In this document: in pieces, positions 53,236 to 64,000 of the stretch
How the letters are laid out: each line of letters opens with the position of its first letter
Numbering within the stretch: position 1 is the stretch's first letter
Source of the DNA: Lama glama
Taxonomy: Eukaryota
NCBI GenBank assembly: GCA_028534125.1
Contig: CM052817.1
Location: 63,366,001-63,430,000, forward strand
Length of the DNA stretch: 64,000 nucleotides
Direction of reading: 5' to 3'
Program-made: the position numbers and the translations under genes
Notes under the pieces: model-generated
Databases searched by the model: none
What the model saw: the letters and a program-made list of their open reading frames with translations, nothing else
Told to the model about the DNA's origin: nothing

Positions 53236-54419
53236 CATTTAAGAAGAGGCAGGAATGTGCACAGATAATATACAGGTATCATCCAAGAGCAGTAGGAAGA
53301 GAGAGAGCTGAATACTGTCTAAGAATGTGGCCTAAAAATGGATGTGGTTAGTCTCAAGTTCTCAAAATAGAGCATTGACATTTTGATTTGAAGGGGTTGC
53401 TTTTAAATCTTAATGCAGCAAAGGAATTTCAGATGGAACATCTCCTCAAATCTGGGATCAGAATGCTATCAGATCCTGCAGCTTTTACTAATGATTGGAT
53501 TCTAAACTATTGACCAGACCCCAAAATTCACAGCTTTCAATTTCATTTTAACACAAAAATTAACAAAACAAACAATATCCATAAAAATTAATGAAGACAA
53601 AATAGCTAGATGACATTTTAAAAGAGAAAGTAAAAGAAAATATATATACATGTAGTCTTTGTTAACATTTTCTTATTTTAAGAAATCAGTCATAGACACA
53701 ATAAGGAAATAGTAACAACCGTCATGCATAACACATTTTAGTGTTCTGATATGCACTGTCATAAATTATACTGAGAAAAATCAGAGAGTAAATCAGTGTT
53801 TACACCTTTGGTGCCAGAGCATTCTATCAACTTTACAACAAATCTTAGAAGAATTTGATTGGAATAATATAAGTTTTTCACTGAATAGTCTGAGTTGACT
53901 GTTATCCATATAGTTCTTATTTATTAACACAACAAATATTTGTTTAGTGTGTATTATATGCCAAAAACTTTTTTGGGCAGTGGGAGTGTATTAGGCTGTG
54001 GTATCACTAATTTAGTGGGAAGATAACAGATGATGACAAAAATAAATGATGGAATTCCAAAGCAGAATGGTGGCTTAGAATGAAGAAACAGTAAATAAGC
54101 TAGATAGGAAAAATATTACTTTGAAGGAAAATTGTTGAATATAGAAAAGTTACAAGAAGCATTTGATCAAATCGATTACAGATGTATAGGGTTGGGGTGG
54201 GGGTTGGCTAGAAACCCATCCAGGATACATTACATCCTCATGCTTCCTCATTATAATTATTGTAAATGATTATTCTGAAGTTTTTTCCATAGTTTATCCA
54301 GAGAATGAGCTATCACCTTAAGTAAGAGATATAGTATGTAGATTCCAAAATAATAATGATAATAATAAAGACTTTTTCTTCTCAGTCTTTTTTTCCTCTT
54401 CCCTTTTCTTTCTATTTTC

Positions 54420-55715
54420 ATTTATTCATTCATTTATCTTTTTTTCTTTCTCAGAATATTAATTGACTGCCAACTGCGTCAGATATCATTCCATGCTATG
54501 GGAATTTCTCTAATGACATACCACAAGAAAACCTGTTTTGTGGGGCTTATATTTTAGTGAATAGAGACAAAAGGAAAAAATAAGCATAATAATTAAGTTA
54601 CATAATACTTTAGGAAGTGATAAACGGCATGGAGAGGATAAAATAGTGCAGGGTAAAGAAGATTGGGAGGGAAGGAGTAGTCAAAGTCTCCTTAACTGAA
54701 ATACAAGGGAAGAGCGGAAAGAAATTAAGGAGCGAGTCATGAAGCTATCTGGAGAAATAGCATCCTGCAGAGACAACAGCACTACAGAGACTCTGAGTCG
54801 GGTGCAACCTAGAGTATGTGAGGAATAGGTAAGAATTCTGGCAAGAGTGACTAGAGAAGAGTGAGGAAGGGAGATTTCAACAGGTAATACTGTCAGCAGG
54901 GTAACAGAGGGTCAAATCTGGTAGATCCTGGAAGAACTCTGTAAGGATTATAGCTTTAACTCTAACAAATATTGAGAAAATGTGGAGAGTTTGAGTAGAA
55001 CTTTTCCCTGACTCATGGTAAAACAGAATCACTCTTGCTGCTGTGCTGGGAATAGACTGTAGGAAGCAAGAGTGGAAGCTGGCAGAACGTTAGGAGTCTA
55101 CAGTAGTAATCCAGGCGGGAGATGGTGGTGCTGTGGAACTAATTGTAGGAGCAGTAGAGATGGTTAGGGGTGGTCTACTTCTGGAACTATTTGAAGGAAG
55201 AGCCAAAGCAACTTTCTAATAAATTAGATGTGAAGCATAGAGAAAGGAAAAAAGGATTCTAAGGATTTCAGTCTAAATAACTGTACGACAGAGTTGCCAT
55301 TAATGTGAGGCTGAAATGAAGCAGGGTTGTGGAGGGGAGGCAGAACTACAAGTTCAATTTGGGGCATGTTGAATATGGAATATCTATTAGGCATCCAGAG
55401 GGAGATATTAAGTGGGCAGTTGAATACATGTCTGCAGTTCAAGGTAAAGTTCTAAAACATAGATATAAATTTGGTGCCATTGGCACAGAGATCGTATTTA
55501 AAGCCACAAGATTTCATGAGCTCTCCACAGAATTATTTAAGATGGACAGGTGAAAGAACTAAGGCATATGGCCTTTCAAGAACAAGAAGTTTGGAAGACA
55601 AAAAGAGTTAGTCCTGAGGCAAGAAGAAAACCCAGAGAAGTTGTGTCCTAGAAACCAAGTGAAGAAACAAAGGACCTCTGGGAAGAGGGAGTGATCAACT
55701 GAAGCCATCAACACA
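54420..55715 (-). mobile_element. L2 LINE (~1.3 kb)
   Basis: (TTCA)n tail, then 'CAGTAGTAATCCAGGCGGGAGATGGTGGTG' and 'GTTCAATTTGGGGCATGTTGAATATGGAATATCTATTAGGCATCCA'. Confidence 0.85.
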
Positions 55716-56270
55716 TTTACAATTTTGAACTGAAGTATTATAAAACATGGTGAGATCATTTTATATTCACTGTAAAAGTTGATTCATATGGAATAAGTAT
55801 TGGTTTTGGACTCAGCCTTATATAGATACAGATTTCTTCTCTGTCACTCAGGGTATGCCTTATAAGGGCAAGCTGCAAACCTTTATACCTCAGGTTCCTG
55901 AGGAAAGCACTTCCTCTGGTCTTTCCCTGAAGTTGTTTGTCAGTTTTCTATATATTATCAGGATACAATAGATGAAAGTATTATTCGGTAGCTATTCAGA
56001 TTTTGAAAATGTTTAATTTTAGCTCTGAGTTAATAAACCTATATTTATTCCTCCAATAAGGGTATAATCATATTTATGAATTGGGGTCACTTTTTTAAAG
56101 TCACACATTTTTTACCTCTTTTCCTCCCTGACCTGCCCTGCGTGTATGCTGTTCAATTATATGTTGGCTGCAAGTTACTTATGGGGATCATATGCAAGAG
56201 CAAATGTTCTATGAGTGCTAATATGTATGTCTTTGTAACTATAATGGGTTCTTCTAAAATTCAGTACATC

Positions 56271-56911
56271 GATTGCTGGTGACTAGGTTCTTTTCCTGTT
56301 GCAGAAAGAATCAGAGATGAAAGGTGGAAGTTAAGAAAGCAAAGTGACAATTTATTAAGGGATAGCTAGTATGCTCTCAAGGGGAGAGTGGGCAGGCTCA
56401 GGTGAGCGGCTGCCCTGAGTGTCTTTGGCAAGTTGGTTACATAGAGTGTAAAAATGAACGAGTGGACATTCACTGGGGAGGAAGGGATTTGGGGTCATAT
56501 TTTCTGATTTTCTTCCCAACTCCATCTTCTTAAAGGGAGGAGGGATTTTTGTCCTTATTTAGTCTGGATCAGAAGTGTCATGGCATGGGTCCATGATGGG
56601 TATTTCTAATCTGCAAGGCTAATTTTATTGAAATGAAGGCATAATGAACAAAAAGTTTACATTCGGACACTGGAGATTTCTGCCTTTTCCCACCTTTCTT
56701 TGTCAGCCTCCAAGCCACTTGTCACCCCAAAATATATGACCCCTTACCAGCCCAGAGGTTCCTGCTTTTCTTTCTCTGCCCAGGGACTCCTGTTGTTTTT
56801 ATGGTGTATGGGTCCCTGCATTTGGCCCTTGCCCTCCTTTTTGCCCAAATCCTGATATGTGGCCTGGATTCCCCTTCCCTGCTCATATCTAGCTATCTGC
56901 CTGCTCTAACA
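56271..56911 (-). mobile_element. ERV1-type solo LTR (~640 bp)
   Basis: TTTATT near the left end, right terminus 'CTGCCTGCTCTAACA', GC-richer than flanks; left boundary uncertain by a few bp. Confidence 0.7.
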
Positions 56912-57939
56912 CTTCTACCTATGTATATGAAATGGGAGAGTTAAGACTATGCAGAAGTACAACTGAAAAACTGATGACCAGATGCTATATTTATAAGATG
57001 ACCTAATTTGTAATTGGAAAATGGTAGGATGGTTTTATAACTGACAGCCCCAGGATCCGTGAATCGGGATTCTTCTTAGCAGTGGAGGCAACCAAGAATG
57101 TAGCAAACATGAGGAGGGATGCCTTGGGAGGCAAGAACTCATTCAAAACAAGCGTTTTAATTGTTTGAGGTCAACTATTACATACTGCTGAACTATCAGT
57201 TAGGGTTTACAGTTTTATATCTACTATAAAATATTGCAACTCACATATTTTCCTCAAACTCAGCAAAAAGTAGAAGCTGTGATGACTGAAAGAGCAATTG
57301 ATGATTTTTCTAATGAGGAAGAAACTTTCCTTAACTTTAATGATAATGTAGATTTGAAGCCAGAGGAATAAATGTCTTAAGTGGAGAGAAGAGCAGAAAT
57401 TGGAATTGAGTAATAAGCAGGTTAGTGTGGCATTGGTAGCAAAGCAGAAGGACAAGTACCCAAGTCACTGGTAATCATTTTGTTCAGGGGGAGCCACTAG
57501 ATTGGTAGCTAAGGCACCAAAGCAGTGAGTCTTCATACTCAGTCAGTTCTGCAAGAGAACATTAATGGAACTCAAGAGAGATTAATCAGCCATCATTGGG
57601 CCCTGATTAAAAGAGAGATTTAAAGATGTTGAAGCTTCAGTGATTACATTGATGGGTACGCATATTTAATTGCTCTTTTCTATCCTTCTTAAGATGGGTG
57701 TTGGGAAAAACCCATGTTCAGTTTGTGTGAACATTTTGTTAACATTTTACTTTTTCTGCCTTGAGTCTTTGAGGGAATTACAAAAATCATAAAGCTAATG
57801 ATCTGTTTCTCTATCTCCAAACAAAACTAGCTAAATCATTTCAGACAGAAAATATAAATATATTCTAAAAAGACTTCTAAGTAAATAATTCCATCCTGGG
57901 CAACTATGACCTCATAGAACAGAAACAATAAATATTGAA

Positions 57940-58180
57940 TGACAAACTGAACATATTCATAACCAACAAACTTCAGCATCAGGAAATGTTTCCTCATTGC
58001 TGCCTTAGTCTCTCCCATTTTATTTCCTCTTATTATGATCTCAGAAAATGTAGAGAATAGCTTGCCATCAATCTCTGTATAATATCTGTTCTGTACATGA
58101 AAACTATTATTAAATTTCCTTCATGATCCTCAAACCCACTTAGCCTTCTCTTCTGCAGGCTAAATAATTCATCTCCCTTT
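57940..58180 (-). mobile_element. Ancient CR1/L3 LINE fragment
   Basis: CR1-like antisense motifs 'CAGGAAATGTTTCCTCAT' and 'TAGCCTTCTCTTCTGCAGGCTAAATAATTC'. Confidence 0.5.
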
Positions 58181-59994
58181 TTTATGTTAGTTGTGTCTGA
58201 ATTTCTTGCATTAGCCAGGAGGAGAAATGCTGAAGTCACAAGGGATTTTGAACCCAACATTCCTTACACATGTTAAGACTAATAAGAATATGGCAGTGGT
58301 GTGTGGAGAGAGCACTACTAAAACATGATAACTAATGGAAATTTTTGAAGAAATTGCTAACATCTGAATAATTTTATAATTTGAGTTTTTGTAAGACACA
58401 GAAGAAAAGATGCTCAATGAAGGAGAATAAAATGTTTGTGCTTAGTCTGTATTCTTTAACTACATGTGCCCTAGTTCCAGTCCCTCAGAACTCCTAAAAT
58501 CTTAGATTCCTGTATAATGCCTGCTAATGGGCTCACTATATAAAATGACAAATGCCTTGGAGTCTTCTCTGTTCAAGTAGGTTCTTCTCTGAAGACTGGA
58601 GAAAAGAAAAATGGTTCATAAATTCCTAATGGCCTCAGAGAAAAAAAAATCTTGAATTCCATTCAGAGAAGTTAAATATAAAGAATGCAAGCTATTTATC
58701 AGCCTGACACTCACGTTCAAAGGAGTGAGACATGCAGAGTTTTCAGTTGTGGAATAGTTTTGCTATTGAATTTTATCCAACATTCCAGTCCTGTATAATA
58801 TAAGAGAAGGACTTCCTGAGCTGGTTTATTGTCATGAAGCAGTGGATTCAAGAGAAGTTAAATGTCTTCTCCTCCAGGATACTGAGAATAAACTACTGAC
58901 ATTACCAAACTGGTTCCAAAAATGATGCAGATTGGAGAGCAACAACTTGATCTGCCCTGTTTTCATGAGAGTGGAAATGTCATGTTAGAACTTCACTAGA
59001 CATTCCTTAAAATACTAAGTCTTTACCCTATAATGTGATTACTTCTAATTGTTTTATTTGAATCAAATGCAATAGATATAGCGATCTCATATCCCTTCCA
59101 GACATATAAAGATTTCTTGCCTTAAAACCTAGAAAAATTACCAAGGAGACCTGTCGTCTTTACAATGAAATACAAATACTGTTACTCAGTCATTTACCTC
59201 AGCCAGTGTTCTTAATAGTTCTTAATATAAATAAATGTATATATTTCAATTTTATTTTTATATCTTAATTTACAGTCTGATTTAAAGAGTCATACTCCAC
59301 CAAGCTTTCAAGGAAAGGGGAGGGTCTCAAATTTTGCACTGTTGTCTTTATTGAGAGACTGAATGGATAACTGGTTTTCTGCAAAGCATGTTTTCCCTAG
59401 GGAATGCACTCACTCTGGTTAATCAACTGGCAAACAAGACACCTAGGGTTATCTCTTTACCACCCTATTGCCCCATCAATAATGTACAGACTGTCATTAA
59501 GAAGTCATTTCTCCCTCCTGGGCTGAATTTTGAGAGGTGCATCATGTGGGAAGAAATAGGAGTAATAGTTTGGAGACTGTGGGTCACATTGTAATCTCAA
59601 ATACATGCTGTGCTATTCTGCAGACAGTCCATCAAGATATGTTCCAAGGCATGCATCAGTGCATATAAAAATATATAGGCTGAGACCACCAAACTCATTT
59701 CACTTGGACCTTTCAAGGTTAACATTATAATCATGCTTCAGGGCATAAACTGATCACCAGCTGAGCTCAGGAAGACATTTTACTTCCATGGAAAAAGTGT
59801 CCCCAGTGGGTTAGTTGCATTGCAGGTACATTTTACCTTTTGTAAATATTTCTTTAGCCACACCAAAATGCCTTTCTTGTCTTTATCTTCATATTGCAAA
59901 TTAAAGCTTAAATCATCAAGCAATACTAATTTTAAGTTTTAAATAACTCTAATCTGAACTTTCTTTTTTCTTATTTCCTAAATTATAGTTTGTG

Positions 59995-60097
59995 TTATAT
60001 ATATATATATAATATGCTTTTATAAATGTTTATATATGTTTTATATATTATATATAATATAATATGCATAAAATAATATAATAATATATATATAATA
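59995..60097. repeat. AT-rich low-complexity (TA)n-derived tract
   Basis: Direct reading of the sequence. Confidence 0.9.
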
Positions 60098-60819
60098 AGT
60101 TGAGTAACAAATTTACATGAGAACTGTGTGTTAGGATTCATTATAATTATCTCATAATAGAAGTTTTATTTGACTAAGGACATGGAATGTGCTGCCAATA
60201 GTAGTATCAGAACTTAATTTCCATTATCCAGAAGTTAACTGATGTTTAGCACCAAATATTGAATCATGCATCAGTGTAGTAGATTTCTGATGGATCTGGT
60301 CACTCTCCTCAACAGTATAAAAGCACACACATGATCCCCATCACGAACTCCTACTTATGGCACCTTGCTCAGAGTGCCAGCAAAGAAGTCCTTCTTGGAG
60401 TAACATCCTTCAAACATTCAGCTGCCATCCATCACAGAAGTATTAAGATACGAAGGTGAGGAAACAGAGTTTGTGTCTCCCTTAGCAACCAGACAGCATA
60501 GAGAAGGAATATGAACATTATCAGCATGTCCTACTGTTGCTCTTTTAATAGGGTTTGCCTGGAATTTCTTGCTCATTATATGCTCCCTTTGATATGTGTT
60601 GTCTTTCATCTGTTTAGGGTCTAGAGATTATTAGATATACTTAGAGAGAGAGAATCCCTCTCAAGCAGTGATTTCTGATCATCCAGTAATGCTATCACTG
60701 GGAAGGCATAGCCCTGACATTTTTTTTAACTGTACAAAGGCTATCACCTACATCCCCACAACCTCCTCTAGTGTTTCACCCAGCTTGAAAAATCACTTAG
60801 AGCTGCATAGTTAATGACT

Positions 60820-61035
60820 TCTCAGCAGAGCCTATCTGCTGAAGCAATACAGCAGACTGCCTGGGTTCAAAACCCACCTTCATGACTTAATTAAGCAATT
60901 ATTTAGCTTCTCTTTACTTCAGTTCCCAGCCCTATCCTCAGCCACATTTGGGGATAACCCACGGGGTCAGTGTGAGGATTATGAGTTAATTCAGAACAGT
61001 GCCTAGTGTATAGTACTTAACAGGTGTTTATTGGC
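60820..61035 (+). mobile_element. MIR fragment
   Basis: 'CAGACTGCCTGGGTTCAAAACCCA...TGTGAGGATTATGAGTTAAT...AGAACAGTGCCTAG'. Confidence 0.75.
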
Positions 61036-62088
61036 CCGTAACAAATATTTATTTTTGGACTGTTTTTATCATAACTTTGTATTAGAAATCGTGATCTTAT
61101 TTGGGGGTAGAGCTAAGCAAACCATGTCTTGGGCAGTGGCTTTGTTGTGCACATCAAAAATCCTAGAATTTCAGAGTGGGAAGGGGAATGTCAAATTGCC
61201 TAAAACTAATTTTCTTAAAATCAATTGGTATAATGATCAATTTACCTAATGACACATTCATTAAGATGTTTGTTTATCAAATATACAACTTTTCATTTGT
61301 ACTAAAATAGCATTAGCTTAGAGGCATTTTTGTGAACTTTCATAGTGACTATTTTGCCTACTTTTAAAGATTTCCAAGGTGTTTCACCCAATTAAGACTA
61401 AATGTTTAAAGTATTATAAAATAATTTTTTAAGCCTACTATATCCTAAAAATGCTTAGAGTGGCATCTTATTATATATGAAATGCTACATCTGTGACAGA
61501 TTTCTATTAGGAATATGATCATTAGGCTAATGAGTATTTGGGGAGATTGGCTATTAGGAGAATTGGTTTTAGGTGAGCAGCCCTCAGTCTCTCACAGGGT
61601 TGGGGTGAGAGCAGTGGCATCAGTTTGTGCCTGAGTCATTTTGCAGACTTGTCTCTGTGACTATGCTCAGCTCTGTCACTACATGCTGCCAGATCTAGTC
61701 TGACAGCTTTCAACTTTAGATCCATGACAAATTTCCAGACCTGGAGCCTGCTTGCCCACCTTGGCTGACCCTATGACAAAGTAGCAAATTCTGCACAGAC
61801 TTGATGTGGCCACAGAAATCCATTTTGCCTTATCGATGGACTCACAGTGGTACACATGACTTAATATTACAGCTTCTTTCCATTTTACCTGTTTTGATAA
61901 TATGTATTTTACAACACTCATCTCCTCGGATAACAGGTAATTTTATAATCTTCAAAAATAAGGAAAGGAATTAAAATACAGAGGTTTGGTTCCTTGTCTA
62001 AGAAAAGAAAGTATAGGAGAATATTGAAAATGTATGGGGGACATGTACAGTTTCTACACAAAGGAATCCCAAGAAATGTGTGAAATCA

Positions 62089-62896
62089 TGACTGATAAGA
62101 TTAGACAAAGCACAGTAGGCTCCCCAGAACCCCTATTCAGAGCTGTTTTAATTGAATGTGTCACTGACAAGGGACAATCACTTGGGCTGTGGCATCTATT
62201 CCAAACCTTTCTTTGAAATCAGTTATTACTTTCACTGATTCCAGTTCTTATGTGGGGGAGTCAATTTTCTGCTACTGCTACTTCATAAAATTCTTCTTCA
62301 ATTATACAAGTACTATAAAGGCAAGTAATTTTTGTTCTGATGAGAATATTTATATTTTCCTGAATTCAAAGGAAGGTATACGACGTTGTAGGTGCCCGGA
62401 GTTTGTTTAAAGTTCTGCCTGCCTATATAATAATTGTGAGTGTGTCTGTCACATCATGTAGTAACTAGTAGTGTGGAAACCGACATCTGCCAGCCAGTAA
62501 TGGTGGTCATACCTCACTGCTGCTCCAACTGCTCACAGTCCGGTTCAGCCTGCCACCCTGAGCTCTAGCCAGCTGTCAGGACTGTCACAGCTGCCATCTT
62601 ATTTACTGCCATAAGCTTTTTTGGCATTGTGGACCCAGACACTGCTGAGATGGTGCCTGTTGTTGGCTGTAAAAGGCACAGGGACGAAAGACTCTGAGGA
62701 ACCCTGGGAAGGTGCAACATGTTCAAACCACCTGACAGTGGAACTGGTCTGCCCTGAAGTCTCCAAGGTTGTTCTTTGTTGACTGATAAGATTGGACAAG
62801 GCACAGTAGGCTCCCCAGAACTCCTATTCAGAGCTGTTTTAATTGAATGTGTCACTGACAAGGGACAATCACTTGGGCTGTGGCATCTATTCCAAA
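62089..62896. repeat. 117-bp direct repeat pair (62089-62205, 62780-62896) enclosing 574 bp
   Basis: Copies align without gaps, 3 substitutions by manual alignment. Confidence 0.95.
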
Positions 62897-63539
62897 TGAA
62901 ACAATTGTTTTAAAGTAATTGGTCTGACAAGAAGGCTGGCAGCCATTGAGGATAAGATGCATGTGCTTCTACAAGAAGAGACCGAAAACATGTTTCCTGT
63001 AATTGCCACGGCTAAGCTTTTAAACTTTTCTCTTTACTTCTTACGAAACACGTCCTTTCAAGACTTCTGATTTGAATAAACACTGAATGATTCTAGGGAC
63101 ACCGCTTTGCTTTACATGTTTTTTATACACATAAGAGGCTCATTCTCAGCCTGTTTAAACTATCTAGCCACAACAAGTTGCAGTGGATTTAATAGAAAAA
63201 AAGTGCAAAGGGCTAGGCTGTCTCTCAACTTCTTTGCAGATCTCACTGTTAGTAACTTCCGATACAAGGACTGCAATTATACAATGTAAGAAAGGTCAGT
63301 TACATCAGCTAGTTAGCACGGATTGAGCCAGATTTCCCCAGTATGTATGTAGTTCCTCGGGAGACTGAGTCTGTAAGAGCCAAAAGCATCTAAGAAAGTG
63401 GTGTGTAGCCATATAACACACCTATGCAACAACAGAATCTATAGCACATTAGAAAGAGAAGAAGTGATATACTCTAATCTGCAATCATTGCATACACTCT
63501 AGGCAAGATCATGCCCTGTTCTAATGATGAAGAAAACCA

Positions 63540-63725
63540 GCATTGCTGTAATATTTTACAAAATATCTTGCATATGTTATCTCATGTGATCCTCTCAATA
63601 TATGAGGTAGGGATTATCTTTAGCCATTTTATATATAGGAGGAATGAAGCCCACCTATATGACTATGTGGTGGAGATTAATATGAAAGCAATATTTTTGA
63701 CTCCAAGTCATTTTTCTAGCACATC
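63540..63725 (-). mobile_element. MIR fragment
   Basis: 'ATCTCATGTGATCCTCTCAATATATGAGGTAGGGATTATC...CCATTTT...GAGGAATGAAGCCCA...TGACTCCAAGTC'. Confidence 0.65.
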
Positions 63726-64000
63726 ACAATGACTGACTCCATCTTCAACCAGCTTTTATTTTTGCTACATTGAATATGTCCTTCCTATGAAATCTCATCT
63801 AGCCTAAATTTTAACTAAAATATGTAAATAAGGGGAGAAGAAGGAATGTATTAGCCTTCTTCTAATACTTTCTTTTGTGGATCACTTTCCCCTGTGAGTC
63901 ACAAGGCACATAAACATGCATGTTCTTAGTAATATTACATAGGTTTAACAGCCAGCTCTTGACATCTAATAGGTATAGGAGCTTGGGAAGTTTACTTATT

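Noticed and set aside
58033..58260. 75-aa ORF with protein-like composition
   Set aside because: Overlaps CR1/L3-like sequence; best explained as a LINE remnant or chance.
62206..62779. Endogenous viral element or NUMT as the identity of the repeat-flanked segment
   Set aside because: Manual translation shows stops throughout and nothing I recognise as bornavirus, parvovirus, filovirus or mitochondrial sequence; unsupported without BLASTX.

Overview
AT-rich, CpG-depleted mammalian non-coding DNA (intergenic or a large intron). It is most likely camelid, inferred from a tRNA-derived vic-1-like SINE at ~9970 and two near-identical young L1 3' ends. I find no supportable protein-coding gene, RNA gene, CpG island or CRISPR array. 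The listed ORFs are chance ORFs, decayed LINE frames or artefacts of a 500-N gap. Much of the window is transposon-derived: L1 of several ages, L2, CR1/L3, MIR, MaLR/MLT1, ERV-type solo LTRs and hAT MERs. Repeat families were recognised by eye and boundaries are approximate unless a target-site duplication (TSD) is given. The structures not explained by known repeats are a 574-bp unidentified segment between 117-bp direct repeats with an exon-like core (62.1-62.9 kb), a 92-bp local copy 2.4 kb from its source (24.8/27.2 kb), and a tiny A-tailed retro-insertion of unknown origin inside an L1 ORF2 (24.05 kb). I cannot support a claim of a new biological system from this sequence alone.
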